From Malacoraja senta (lineage: Eukaryota), in the NCBI GenBank assembly GCA_038087875.1, contig CM075990.1:1614001-1678000 (forward strand): a DNA stretch of 64,000 bases, read 5' to 3'. A model generated the notes under the pieces. The model was given only the letters and a program-made list of their open reading frames with translations. It was not told where the DNA came from and searched no databases. Position 1 is the stretch's first letter. Each line of letters begins with the position of its first letter. The translations under genes and the position numbers were made by a program. Below are positions 35,998-49,680 of this stretch, in pieces.

Positions 35998-36197
35998 NNN
36001 NNNNNNNNNNNNNNNNNNNNNNNNNNNNNNNNNNNNNNNNNNNNNNNNNNNNNNNNNNNNNNNNNNNNNNNNNNNNNNNNNNNNNNNNNNNNNNNNNNNN
36101 NNNNNNNNNNNNNNNNNNNNNNNNNNNNNNNNNNNNNNNNNNNNNNNNNNNNNNNNNNNNNNNNNNNNNNNNNNNNNNNNNNNNNNNNNNNNNNNNN
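35998..36197. other. Assembly gap (200 N)
   Basis: Run of N. Confidence 1.
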
Positions 36198-39100
36198 GAG
36201 TGTTCAATTTATTTGAATACCCAAATACTTAAATTTTTACGTTGCAATTTTAAATGAACATTTTAATAGGTCATTCGCTTTCTGGGGCTGTAATGACATA
36301 ATTTCACTTTTATTCCAATTCTATATCCAGAAAAAGAACCAAATTCCTCTATTACGTTTAGCAAATTCGGGATACTCGTTTGTGAATTTCTAATATATAA
36401 AAGTATATCATCCGCATATAATGAAATTTTGTTATTAGAGTCCTTAGTATTATATCCCTGAATATTCGGATGTGTTCTTATCCTTTCAGCCAAAGGTGCT
36501 ATCATAAGGGCAAATAGCAGGGGTGATAAAACACATCCCTGCCTATTGCCCCGTGATAATTGGAATTTTGGAGACAACATATTATTAGTTAATATTCTTG
36601 CCATCAGTTTATCATATAGTAATTTTACCCATCTAGTAAAATTATCTCCCATATTAAATTTTTGGAGTACTATGTATAAATACTGCCACTCTACCTGATC
36701 AAATGCTTTCTCTGCATCCAAAGATATAACTGATAAGTCTTCCTTTTCCACTTTATGTGAATACATTATGTTAAAAAGTTGTCTCAAATTATTAAATGAT
36801 TGTCTTTTAGGTATAAACCCAATTTGGTCTGGGTTTATCAATTTATTAATATATTTACTCAATCTTCTTGCTAAAATCTTTGCTAAAATTTTCTGATCTG
36901 TATTTAAAAGTGATATAGCTGTACGAGCCCGGATCTTCTAAATCTTTATCTTTTTTTGGTGTAAGCGTAATTGTAGATTCTGCTAATGTTTCTGGTAATT
37001 TATTTTTGGTAAAAGCATAAGTATATAATTTAAGTAATCGTGGGACCATTAACTCCTGAAATCTTTAATAAAATTCATTATTAAAACCATCAAGCCTTGG
37101 TGTCTTCCCATTTTTCAGTTCTTTTATTGTTTCGCTTATTTCTTCACTTGTGATCTGAGCTCCTAATTCCTCTTGTTCTAAGATATCCAATTTTGGCAAA
37201 TTACAATTATCTAAAAAATTTATAATTCTATTGTCTTCTAATTTAGTTTTAGATGTATATAAATTTTGATAAAATTGAGCGAACCTTTTATTAATGTCCT
37301 TAGGTAAAGTTAATAGTTCCCCGTTCTCTGATATAATTTTAATAATAGTTTTTTCCTTTTCTTGCTTCTTCAATTGTCGTGCTAGAAGTTTATGTGGTTT
37401 ATCCCCAAATTCAAACTGTACTTGTTTTGTGATCTGAAATAATCTTATTACTCTTGCCGATAATATTTGATTAAGTTTAAATTTCAATAATGTAATCTTA
37501 TTATGTTTATCTATAGTTGGGTCTTTTGCGTTACCTAATTCTAATAGTTTAATTTCCTTTTCTAACGTCCATTGTGCTGTCCTACTTTTTTAATTTTGAA
37601 ACCTTTGATATGAAATTATAACTCCACGGATGAATGCCTTAAAAGATTCATATAATAAAGATGGTGAAATACCTGGTGTCTCGTTTGTCTAAAAAAAAAT
37701 TTCATTTGCTGTTTTAAATACCCGTAACCTTGTGGGTTATTAGCTATTTGTGTGTTAAATCTCCAAAAGGATTTTATACCTGGCATTCCCTCAAGTTTTA
37801 AAGTAAAAGTCAACGGGGAGTGATCAGAGATAATACTATTGTGATATTTAGGATTAATCGTATATGGTATTAATTTTGTATCCACTAAGAAATAATCAAT
37901 TCTTGAATAAGTTTTGTGTACTGATGAGTAAAACGAGTATTCCCTTCCGGTTGGATTAACTATTCTCCATACATCTGTTATATTAGTGTTTTTTATATAT
38001 GTGTTTAAGAATTCACTAGACTTGGATTTAACACTACCCTTCCTTAATTTTATTGATTTGTCTAAATGTGAATCTATAACACAGTTAAAGTCCCCCCCTT
38101 GTATTACATTTTGATAATTATACTCATCTATTATATCCATATTTTCTTAAAAAATATCAAAATTTGGAGCATAAATATTTATCAGTCAGTGGTGTAGAAT
38201 AATTTTTTCCCGCCACTATCGTGTACCTTCCTTCTTTATCATATATAGTATTCTTTAATATAAATGGTATACCTTTCCTAATAATAATATCCGTTCCTCT
38301 AGCTTTAGCAGTAAATGACGAGTGATAAGTTTGGCCTATCCAGTTTGCCCTTAGTCTCATCTGTGTTTGTAGTTTCGTATGAATTTCTTGCAGAAAAGCT
38401 ATGTCCATATTTAAAGATTTTAACTTGGCCAGAATCTTGCCCCTTTTAATTGGATCATTCGCACCCCTAATATTCCAACTACAGAATGTGAATCCTCCAT
38501 ACTTTTTTTTCCCTATTATCCTGCATTGTTAATAGGTTTTGGTGATTTTGCTTCATGTGGTGTAGTTAAGTACCTCAGGCTTTTGGGTATGTGGGTATCA
38601 TCCCATACTTCTGACGTCATTTTACCTCTCCTCCATATATTGAACCTCCATAAGAAAAAGAGAAAAGTGTGTTGAGAAATGGTGAAGAAAGAAAGGAAAA
38701 TTATTAGATAAGCCACATAAAAATGAATACAAAAAAAAAGTGAGTTTAAGGTATCAAAAAGGTGATACCCTAAATACAAGATGCCATCTATGATGGCCAA
38801 AAATTGATTGACCTCCGTAGTTGGAATTATACATTGAGCTCAGCCCCCTAGATACAATGTCATTTGTGACTACATGCCGTTTCATCTTAATATATCTTAA
38901 TATATTAAAAAAAAAATTATCTGGCCAATTAGTAATATTAGGTATATATGGTTAGTTAATTCTTTACATTACATATATACTGTATTAATTAAAACATTTC
39001 TTAAGTCCATAATTTCCTTTGACTTTCTTTCGAATCTGATCGCGTTACTTCAAAATGTCCTCTTTCCACTTGTTTCTCTTCCACTTATCCATTCAAGGTG

Positions 39101-42100
39101 AAACCAGGGCTCTGTCGTTAAAACACATTCCTGACAGATAAGCCTGTCTGGTTAATGTCTAGAGCAGTTCCGCCATCTTAATTACAGCACAGTTTTCCCT
39201 TAAAAAGTTTAATTATTGTAAATAGTCATTACACACGTGTAGCATTATAATAGTTTTTAATAAGTATGCAGAGTTAAACAACACATGAGTAGTCCCGGAC
39301 TCCAGTCTGCTACTGTATTGCGCAGAAGGAGAAGCAGGCATTATTATAAATGATACTTAAGGCGGGGTTAGTAGTGGTGAGGTAGCTATATGATTGGTTG
39401 CATGCATAAACCATCTACATCCTTCCCCTTAGAAGATTAAACATGAACACATGATTAAACATGGTGGATAACTATGGCAACGACTTAAACAAAATCACCA
39501 TACCGAACAGGCAGCTTGCTGACACGGCCCGAGCGCGTACGTATCAACCCTTCCCCCCCCCCCCCCTCACCAGAAAGACCCAAACCCGGAGGCGACGAAG
39601 CCGGAGGGGAAACAGAAAGCGGCATGGGGGACATACGTGCAGGAGGGCTAGAAAAATGGTTAGCAATGGGTGACCCATGCGAAGGTGAACAAAACACGCG
39701 AGGGGACTGAGGCATGCAGGGGTCGGCAACGGGATCAGCAGCGGATGGCTGGAACTGCAGCGGCGGAGCTTAAGGTCCTGCTGCCTGCGGGATCGGCTCC
39801 TGTCCTGCAAGCAGGTGCTGACGACTCCTGCGGTAGACAGTCCCTTCAAAGTCCACAAGGTACGAACGAGGCGCATCGGCGATGCCAACCACGGTGGCCA
39901 GATGGGAATATCCGCTAGTAGTATGTAGACGAACGGCCTGTCCAGGCAGCAGAGGCTCGAGAGGCTTGCACGATCTATCATGTGACCGTCTTTGGATGTC
40001 ATGCTTACCCTGAATGCGCTTCTGGACGGAGGCAGGCTGCAGCACTCGAGGCAGCAGCTTGTGTTGAGCAATCGGAATCGGTGGTCTTGTTGTTCTGGAC
40101 ATCAGCCGCTGAGCAGGTGATCCTAGGGTTGCGTCCCTGGAAATGTTCCTTAGGTTCAGGAGGTCGAGGTAAAAGTCGGAATTCGCCAGGCGCGCTTGCT
40201 CCATTATTAGTTTGGCACTCCGGACAGCCCGCTCAGCAAGGCCGTTACTCTGCGGGTACTCAGGGCTGCTCGTGAAGTGGAGGAAGTTCCACTTGTTGGC
40301 AAAGTTATTGAACTACTGGCTTGTAAACTGCCTGCCGTTGTCGGTCTGCAGACGGACAGGCGAGCCGAAAGTAGAAAAATGTTTCCTCAGCTTACGGATG
40401 ACCATCTCGGACGTGAGGGAGGTCAGAAGGTCAACCTCGAACCAGTTCGAGTACGAGTCAGCAAGGAAGAGGTAGTGTTTACCGCGCCACTCGAAAATGT
40501 CGGCGGCCACTGAGGTCCAGGCCAGGGCAGGCGCGGGTTGTTGCAAAAGGGGCTGCCTTTGCTGGTGGGGTGCAAGGCTGTTGCAGGTAGAGCAAGACGA
40601 GACACGGTCCCGAATGTACTTAGCCATTCCAGGCCAGTAGAATTGGCACTGTGCATGGGCGATCGTGGCATCAACGCCCGGGTGCCCGCTGTGGGCCATG
40701 CTATAGTACTTGTCATACAGGGAGGAGGGGACCACGACCTTGTGGCCCTTAACAATAACGCCGTCTTGGATGACTAGCTCGTCGCGAACCTGGAAAAAAG
40801 GCTGTGGCTCTGCGGATGCACTGGCGCGCTTGCTCGGCCAACCCCTATTTATCACTGAAGAAAGTAGCTGCAGAGCGGGGTCGGCGGCAGTATGCTCGGC
40901 TAGGCACTGAAGCTGCTTAGTGGGGACAAAGTCAACGCCTAGCACCAGAAGGTCTTCCCGTTCGTAGGGGTGTTGGTCACAGGTAGCGCGAGGGGCGCGA
41001 GAGAGGGTGTCCGCAACGTGCATTTCAGTACCCTTTTTGTAGACAATGGTGAAGTCGAAATGCTGGAGCTGCATCATCATACGTTGCACCCTGGCAGGTG
41101 CGACATGGATCGGCTTATTCAGGATGGTCACCAATGGCTGGTCGTCAGTCTCAACCATGAAAGAATTCCCGAAAAGAAAGTCTTTGAACTTAGAGCAGGC
41201 GAAAACGACGGCGAGCAGCTCCTTTTTGATCTGTGCGTAGCGTTGTTCGGTGTCGGTCATGGTACGGGAGGCATAGGAGACAGGGAGCAGGGAGCCACCT
41301 GCAGAGGACTGTAGGCAGGCTGCACGGAGCCTGAATCGCGAGGCATCACAGGTGACGGTGATGGGGCGCTTCAGGTCGAAAAAACGTCAGAGTAGGTGTG
41401 CTGACCAGCTTAGACTTTAAAGCATCAAAAGCCTGCTGGTGCTGCGGGAACCAGGCCCAGGCGGTGTCTTTTCTAGTCAGTTGTCGCAGGGACGAGCTCA
41501 GTTCGCTGAGGTTGGGAATAAATTTCCCAAGATAGTTCACCATGCCCAGGAAGCGCTGTAGACTGAGCATGTCGGTGGGGGCCGGAATCTCCGTGATAGC
41601 GGCAGCTTTCAAAGGATCGGGCTTGAGTCCGGCAGGAGTGAAGACATGGCCAACGTAAGTGACCTCTTCCGCAGTTTCCATGGGTACCAGTACCTGATTG
41701 TTGGCACCCTGGGGCATAATTGAAGGTCCTGGCTCTTCTCATGGCGTCGTGGCCGGCAAGGTTGAGAAGAAGCGAGGCTTTGACATCATCGGGCTCGTTC
41801 TGATGAGCAATAGTCATGTAGTGCTGGTAGTCCAGTTCGAAAGTAGCCCAGCGCTCCGCGATGTCCGAATCGAAGACGAGCTGAGCAGGCTTTCGGCAAG
41901 AGGAAGCCATTGTCAAAATGAAAATAAAAACTTAGCAAAAGAAATAAAAACCGATAAACAGGAGACGCGAGTAGTCACTGTCTGACACCATGTAAATAGT
42001 CATTACACACGTGTAGCATTATAATAGTCTTTAATAAGTATACAGAGTTAAACAACACATGAGTAGTCCCGGACTCCAGTCTGTTACTGTACTGCGCAGA

Positions 42101-43462
42101 AGGAGAAGCAGGCGTTATTATAAATGATACTTAAGGCGGGGTTAGTAGTGGTGAGGTAGCTATATGATTGGTTGCATGCATAACCCATCTACAATCATCA
42201 ACCTTCACTTCTCTTTTTTCTATTTTCTTTACAATTTCATGTGCATAATCAAATGCCAAATCCGGATCCGTGAAAGCGCGTTGCGTAGAGTTGTGTGTAA
42301 TCTTCATCTTCGCTGGATACACCACCCCGTATTTCACATTAGGTTGTCCTTGCAGAATACTACTTGCTCTTTTAAACTGATTCCTTTTCTCCAGTATTTC
42401 GCGTGGATAGTTCCTGTAGAATCTGACAGTCTCTCCATCAAATGTGAGCCTCTCCCCATGCGGTATCATCTTCATAAGTTTTTCCAGGGTTGAAATGTCC
42501 AAAAATTTAACAATGATCTGTCTTGGGGAGCATTTGTTTCTCTTTGGAAGCGACCTACATCAATCCTCGGGTTTTCCTTCAACTTAAAGACATCTTTGAG
42601 TATTTTAGTGACAAGTTCGGTCATTAAAATTCCAAGCTCTTGTCCCTCCTTTACTCCTATAATCCTTAAGTTCTGTCTCCTTGATCTAGCTTCCAAATCT
42701 TGACATTTATCAGTCAGTTTATTCAATTGCTCCCGATTAGCACCCTGTTCTTTTTTCAGGGTCGATATTTCCTGAGACATCTCACGCATTTCAACCTTCA
42801 TATCTTCTATCGACTTCTCGACTCCTTCAGTCAGCTCATCAATTTTCTTATTATAATCATATTCCATTCTCGCAAATTCTTGTGTTGTCCTCTGATCCAA
42901 GTCCATAAACTGCTGCTTCAAAGAGTCATACTGTTCCTTTGATTCATCACGCGCAGTATCTATTTTCTTAGACAGGTTAACCTCCATTTTAGAGAGATTA
43001 TTCATACTGGTAAGCATTTTGCAGAATTCCTTAGTGAGATCTCTGGTAAGATCTTTAGTAAGATTAGCTCTTACCGTTTGTTCCCACTGCTTCATCTCTT
43101 TCTCCTTTTCTTTCTCTTTTGTCTCTCCTCTTGTAGCCATTTCGGATACTGCTTGTTGAGAATCAGACTCTTCTTCGTGAGCTTTCAGTTGTTGTTTGAA
43201 GAGCTTCCAAGTCTTCTTGCAGCAGGAGTCTGATAGTCGATTTCTTGGGTCCCCGTTGATGTTTTCCTTTACTCATCTAAAGGTCCCGTTAAAACTCTGA
43301 TTTTCTTGACGCTGTCTGACGACGTCACTCCCGCGACGCCAAGTGAGTGTTTTTAAATCGGTCCCGACTTTAAAAACGGCTTTTTACGCGATTTTGGCAA
43401 TTTTAGCGGGAGCTGAGCTCAATGCTGCGCCTTCACCACTTCATGGTGCCACCGGAAGTCTC
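36198..43462 (-). mobile_element. L1-clade LINE with 5' end, ORF1 and ORF2 (EN, RT), degraded and interrupted by Gypsy-4
   Basis: 5' GACTTCCGG start; ORF1 (DLEARSRRQNLRIIGVKEG) 42194-43140; EN (FLQE, GGDFN, SRIDY, SDH) 37616-38500; RT (LDAEKAFD, RQGCVLSP, YADD) 36263-36862. Confidence 0.92.
39217..42193 (-). mobile_element. Gypsy-4: internally deleted Gypsy, related to Gypsy-1 and Gypsy-2
   Basis: 203-bp LTRs 39217-39419 and 41991-42193 (6 differences); TSD ATTAT/ATCAT; PBS TGGTGTCAGA; PPT AAGGGGAAGGA; gag N-terminus joined directly to the RT C-terminus (EVTYVGHVF), then RH and IN. Confidence 0.95.
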
Positions 43463-44074
43463 AGATGCTAGTTTACACCGAAGAGAGACACAAAATGCTG
43501 GAGTAACCCAGGCAACATCTCTGGAGAAAAGGAATAGTCGCCGTTTCGGGTCGTGACCATTCTTCAGACTGAAGGGGAGAGGGTAACTAGGGGTATGAAA
43601 AGGTATGGGACAAAGCAGAGATTACTCTGATGACCAAAGAGCTCGCAATGGTCCATTGTTGGCTGAGGAGGAGGTAAAAACGAAGGAGTAAGAACAGTGA
43701 AACTATCAAACGACTGGGGTGGGGGAGTGACGGAGAGAGAGAGGGAATGCAAGGGTTACCTGAAATTAGAGACATAAATTATCATACTTGCTTGTGTTCT
43801 TGGGACTGATCTTAGATTTATTTAAGATGTTTCATCTACTATAGAAATGAATTCATTTGGTGCAGAGTCCACTGTTGTGCTTCAATAAAACTCACCGCGA
43901 CGGACGTTCAGGTGCGAAGTTAGGAATGACGGACATGGAGTGGGTAGATGATATATCAGAGCTGTTATAAGGCAACTGGTCCGTCCTCTCACCAGCTGTA
44001 GAGCGGTCCTGACCTTCCATCTACCTCAATGGAGATCTTCGAACTATCTTTAATCGGACTTTATTGGACGTTAT

Positions 44075-45295
44075 CATGTCATGTCAAGTCAAGTTTATTT
44101 GTCACATACACATACGAGATGTGCAGTGAAATGAAAAGTGGCAATGCTCGAGGACTTTGTGCAAAAACAAACAAACAAACAAACAAACTACAAACAGAAT
44201 GGAAGAACAGAATCACATATTCTTTTACATAATAAATATTGTGGGCGGAAGGAAAAAGGGGAAAAGAACGGGGGAAAAAACAGCAATTTTTAAAAACCAG
44301 TAAAGTGGTACAGTAAAGTTAGTCCCTGGTGAGATAGGAGTTTACAGTCATAATGGCCTCTGGGAAGAAACTCCTTCTCAACTTCTCTGTTCTCACAGCA
44401 TGACAAAAGAGGCATTTGCCTGACCGTAGCAGCTGGAACAGTCCGTTGCAGGGGTGGAAGGGGTCTCCCATGATCTTATTGGCTCTGGAGTTGCACCTCC
44501 TGATGTATAGTTCCTGCAGAGGGTCGAGTGTAGTTCCCATAGTGCGTTCGACCGAACGCACTACTCTCTGCAGAGCTTTCTTGTCCAGGGCAGAGCAATT
44601 CCCAAACCAGATTGTAATATTTCCGGACAAGATGCTTTCCACAGCCGCTGAGTAAAAGCACTGGAGGATCTTCGGAGACACTCTGAATTTCCTCAATTGC
44701 CTGAGGTGGTAAAGGCGCTGCCTTGCCTTACTCACGAGTGCTGCAGCGTGATGTCCATGTCATATCCTCAGAGATGTGGACTCCCAGGTATTTAAAACAG
44801 CTCACCCTATCCACAGTATCCCCATTTATCCTCAATGGTGTGTACGTCCTCGGATGATGTTCCCTCCTAAAGTCCACGATCAGCTCCTTAGTTTTTTTGA
44901 TGTTCAAGAGGAGGCTGTTGTCCTGACACCAGAGTGCCAGATCAGCCACCACCTCCTGGTAGGCCTTCTCATCGTTGTCTGAGATCGGGCCCACCACCAC
45001 AGTGTCATCAGCAAACTTGATGATCGAGTTGGAGCTGAACCTGGCCACACAGTCATGTGTGTATAGGGAGTACAGTAGGGGGCTGAGGACACAACCCTGG
45101 GGGGATCCTGTGCTCAGGGTGAGGGACCTCGATGTATTCCCTCCCATCTTGAGTACCTGTGGCCTGGCGGTGAGAAAGTCCAGGGTCCAGGCACACAGGG
45201 GGGTGTTGAGCCATAATTCCAGTAGCTTCTCGGCCAGTCTGGTGGGGACTATCGTGTTGAAGGCTGAACTGAAGTCTATGAACAGCATCCTAATA
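44075..45295 (-). mobile_element. Rex1/Babar-type LINE 3' part
   Basis: ORFs 44728-45321 ([24 protein letters not shown]) and 44319-44735; tandem-repeat tail near 44075-44095. Confidence 0.9.
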
Positions 45296-45335
45296 AACGT
45301 TATACCTTTAAGTTTAATCATTACATTATACGTTT

Positions 45336-45372
45336 AGGTCTGAAGAAGGGTCACAACCCGAAACGTCACCCA
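45336..45372 (+). ncRNA. Penelope-type minimal hammerhead ribozyme motif (best preserved copy)
   Basis: GGT-CTGAAGA-A-GGGTCACAACCC-GAAA-CG-TC-ACC: stem I GGT/ACC, palindromic ACGT stem III. Confidence 0.7.
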
Positions 45373-46244
45373 TTCCTTCTCTCCAGAGATGCTGCCTGTC
45401 CCGCTGAGTTATTCCAGCATTCTGTGTCTCTCTTTGGTTCAAACCAGCATCTGCATTTCCTTCCTTCACGTCACCTTTATCCTTTATCTGCACACTGTGG
45501 ACAGCTTGATTACAATCATGTAAAGTCCTTTCTCTGTCTGGTCAGCACGTAACATACAGTTTTTCATTGTATCTCGCTACACGATGTAAAGGTAAATTAA
45601 AGTTAGTTAAATTAAACTGATATATACATATTGTTTGTGACCAGAGATAGACACAAAATGCTGGAGTAACTCAGCAGGACAGGCCACATCTCTGGAGAGA
45701 AGGAATGGGTGACGATTCGGGTCTAGACCCATATTCAGATCTGCAGAACTTTCCTACACACATTGTTTGTGACCAAGTTGCGCGGGATAGTGATGGGCTA
45801 GAAAGGTGTCACAGGTGACATTCAATGATTGCGCATACTTTTGACTGAACATATTCGAGGGCCGAAAGACTTCCTCCGATCACTGTGCTTTTGTTCTGTT
45901 TTAACAAGTTGTGATCTGGGATTTGAGTATCGATCAGACCGATGAGAAAACCTCCTTTGCTCCGCCTCTGTCCCTGAAGTTGCAACGTTTACAGGGCGTG
46001 TGGTTCAGTGACCTGACCACTGTCTTCGTCGGTCAAGGACGGAGGTGGAAGATGGCGAGAATTTTCTGTTTCTCTTGTCTGGTGAGATTTGTATTCCGAA
46101 ATGACAAAAATGTTCAGCAGCGGGATTACCACATCTGATGAACACGGTGCGTTATATAAAATTGACGCAGAATTAGTCGAACGACTATGCCCGGATTCAT
46201 GAGTTGGAAGTGGACTAAGAGTTTCCTTCAGTAGTGGTAAAGTA

Positions 46245-46317
46245 GCCGAAATAGCTCAGTTGGGAGAGCGTTAGACTGAAGATCTAAAGGTCCCTGGTTC
46301 AATCCCGGGTTTCGGCA
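46245..46317 (+). tRNA. trnF: tRNA-Phe(GAA)
   Basis: GCCGAAATAGCTCAGTTGGGAGAGCGTTAGACTGAAGATCTAAAGGTCCCTGGTTCAATCCCGGGTTTCGGCA is the canonical vertebrate sequence. Confidence 0.97.
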
Positions 46318-46344
46318 AATGACTATGCCCATTGCTCTAAATGG

Positions 46345-47580
46345 TCTACGCTGTATCTGCACCTCAGGATGAAGGTGTTGATGCCCTCATTCTTTAGGGA
46401 ACTGGGGTTTCCCTCTTCTATTATAGATGAGGCTCTCCTCTATAATCCCGCAGCTCCGCTCTCACTCCCCATCCCCCTACTCGTAACAAGGACACCTTAT
46501 GCTCACCTTGCACCCTACCTCCGACATTCGCCAAAACCGTTCTCCCTGGTCAATTGATCCCTTCCCACCCAAACCACCCCCTCCCCTGGTACTTTCCCTT
46601 GCAACCACAGGAAATGCTATACTTATCGCTGTATCTCCCCCCTCGACTCCATCCACGGACCCAAGCAGTCTTTCCAGGTGAGGCAGAGGTTTACCTGCAC
46701 CTCCTCCAACCTCATCTACTGTGTCAACTTCTCTACATCGGTGAGCCCAAGCGCAGGCTTGGCGATCGCTTCGCACAACACCTCCGCTCAGTTTGCAATA
46801 ACCAACCTGATCTCTCGGTGGCTCAGCACTTCAACTCCCCCTCCCATTCCGAATCCGACCTTTCTGGCCTGGGCCTCCTCCATTGCCAGAGTGAGGCCCA
46901 GCGCAAATTGGAGGAACAGCACCTTATATTTCAATAGACAATAGGCGCAGGAATAGGCCAATGGGCCCTTCGAACCAGCACCGCCATTCACTGTGATCAT
47001 GGCTGATCATCCCCAATCAGTACCCCGTTCCTGCCTTCTCCCCATATCCCCTGACTCTGCTATCTTTAAGAGCTCTATCTAACTCTCTCTTGGAAGCATC
47101 CAGAGAACTGGCCTCCACCGCCTTCTGAGGCAGTGAATTTCATAACTCTGTGTGAAAAAGTTTTTCCTCATCTTCGTTCTAAATGGCTAACCCCTTATTT
47201 TTAAACTGTGGTCCCTGGTTCTAGACTTCCCCAACATTGGGAACATTTTCTCCTGCCTCTAGCGTGTCCAAACCATGAATAATCTTATATATTTCAATAA
47301 GATTCCCTCTCATCCTTCTAAATTAGTTTCCACCCCAGCGGTATGAACATTGACTTCTCCAGTTTCAGATAATCCTTGCTTTCTCCCTCCTTCCCCTTCC
47401 CTTCCCAGCTCTCCTACAAGCCTACTGTCTCCACCTCTTCCTTTCTTTTCCTTTCTTTTTCCCGCCCCCCACCTCCCCTCAACATCAGAAGAAGGGTCTT
47501 AACCCAAAATGTCACCTATTCCTTCGCTCCATAGATGCTGCCTTACCCGCTGAGTTTCTCCAGCATATTTGTCTACCTTC
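46345..47580 (+). mobile_element. Penelope-like element 3' part (GIY-YIG plus terminal repeat), interrupted by a minus-strand CR1 3' end (~46935-47322)
   Basis: RQRFTCTSSNLIYC...LLYIGEPKRRLGDRFAQH...VAQHFN...EEQHLIF; hammerhead remnant at ~47487-47517. Confidence 0.85.
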
Positions 47581-48007
47581 GTTAATAGATGTATGATTTA
47601 TTCTAAAGCTTTTGCTAGTAACGCAACCGTCATTGCCGCTCAATCAAGGTTCAACGTTAACCTCCGATGTTCTTGGACTGTCTTTTTGCCTGCATCTAAC
47701 TTATTGAATTTCCAGCAGGTACCTCGGTTTCCATTCAAATACCACAGACGTGCGGTCAGAAAATAAATTGGACATGTAGCTCACCCTTCAGAACGGGGCT
47801 GTTTTGTGCAGGTAAAGAAGGGTATACAGCGGGATATAGCTGAGCTACATAAATAGGAAAGGAATGGACAATAAAATTTTGACAGAGAAAGAGTGAGATG
47901 TTGCGCTTGGGCCGAACGAAAGTTTTATTAACGTCTCGCTAGTGCTTGTCTTCTGCACCCGCAAACAAAAATTCTTACCAGAAGTAGATCCTTGATGTAT
48001 TGAGAGG

Positions 48008-48081
48008 ATGATTCTTGCTAAGTCGACAGAGCATGAGACTCTTAACCTCAGGGGTCGTGGGGTCGAGCTCCACGTTGGGTG
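48008..48081 (+). pseudogene. Decayed tRNA-Lys(CTT)
   Basis: AGTCGACAGAGCATGAGACTCTTAACCTCAGGGGTCGTGGGGTCGAGCTCCACGTTGGGTG resembles tRNA-Lys-CTT; acceptor 5' strand and A/B boxes damaged. Confidence 0.8.
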
Positions 48082-48174
48082 GACACTTCCTATTCTGAGA
48101 CTCGTCATAGTATGTGTTTGGGTGGTGTGTTTTTTTGTTTGTTTCGGGGGGGGGTAGCTTGTGGTGTTTTGGTT

Positions 48175-49480
48175 TAACCCATGCCTGCCTTCTCCCCATA
48201 TCCCTTGACTCCACTAGCCCCTAGAGCTCTATCTAACTCTCTCTTAAATCCATCCAGTGATTTGGCCTCCACTGCCCTCTGTGGCAGGGAATTCCATAAA
48301 TTCACAACTCTCTGGGTGAAAAAGTTTTTTCTCACCTCGGTCTTAAATGACCTCCCCTTGATTCTAAGACTGTGGCCCCTGGTACTGGACTCGCCCAACA
48401 TTGGGAACATTTTTCCTGCATCTAGCTTGTCCAGTCCTTTTATAATTTTATATGTTTCTATAAGATTCCCCCTCATCCTTCTAAACTCAAGTGAATACAA
48501 GCCTAGTCTTTTCAATCTTTCCTCATATGACAGTCCCGCCATCCCAGGGATCAACCTCAATCACAAGGATGTCCTTCCTCAAATTAGGAGACCAAAACTG
48601 TAAACAAAACTCCAGATGTGGTCTCACCAGAGCCCTATACAACTGCAGAAGAACCTCTTCACTCCTATACTGAAAACCTCTTGTTATGAAGACCAACATC
48701 CCATTAGCTTTCTTCTCTGCCTGCTGTACTTGTAATCCAACTTTCAGTGACCGGTGTACCAGGACGCCCAGGTCTCGCTGCACCTCGCCCTTACCCAACC
48801 TCATTGAGATAATAATCTGCCCGCTTCTTTTTGCCGCCAAAGTGGTTAACCTCACATTTATCTATATTATACTGCATCTGCCACGCTTCTGCCCTCTCGC
48901 TCAACCTGTCCAGGTCACCCTGCAACCTCCTAACATCCTCTTCACAGTTCACACTTCCACCCAGCTTTGTGTCATCTGCAAACTTGCTAGTGTTGCTCCT
49001 AATTCCCTCTTCCAAATCATTAATATATATGGTAAACAGATGCGGCCCCAACACCGAGCCTTGTGGCACTCCACTCGCCACTGCCTGCCATTCTGATAAG
49101 GACCCGTTCACTCCTACTCTTTGCATCCGGTCTGCCAACCTATTTTCTATCCATGTCAACACCCTACCCCCAATACCATGTGCTCTAATTTTAGTCACCA
49201 GTCTCCCGTGCGGGACCTTATCAAAGGCTTTCTGAAAGTCTAAATACACCACATCCACTGGCACCCCTTCATCCATTTTACTTGTCACATCCTCAAAAAA
49301 TTCCAGAAGATTAGTCAAGCATGATTTCCCTTTCATAAATCCATGTTGACTTGGACTAATCCTTTTACTGCTATCCAAATGCCCCATTATTACCTCTTTA
49401 ATAATTGACTCCAACATCTTTCCCAGCACCGAATGCAGGCTAACTGGTCTGTAATTCCCCGTTTTCTCTCTCGCCCCTTT
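48175..49480 (-). mobile_element. CR1 LINE RT region
   Basis: NYRPVSL, QHGFMKGKSCLTNL, YLDFQKAFDKVPH, GVPQGSVLGP, KFADDTK. Confidence 0.93.
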
Positions 49481-49680
49481 AACCATTATCAATTGCAAAC
49501 ATTTGTCTAGCCAGCGAATAGTATCTCTGCATCTTTGGGATCTAAGGATTTTATACCTTTCAAACCCTTCGGTTACATTTAATGGAGACAATTAACTGGA
49601 AGATGTGTTTTCTTTATCGTGAAATAAAACGACAATGGCTGAGAGTGCCATGAAAGCTCTGTGGTTAGTCTTTCAGGTAT

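Noticed and set aside
35903..36257. ORFs spanning 35903-36257
   Set aside because: They run through the N gap
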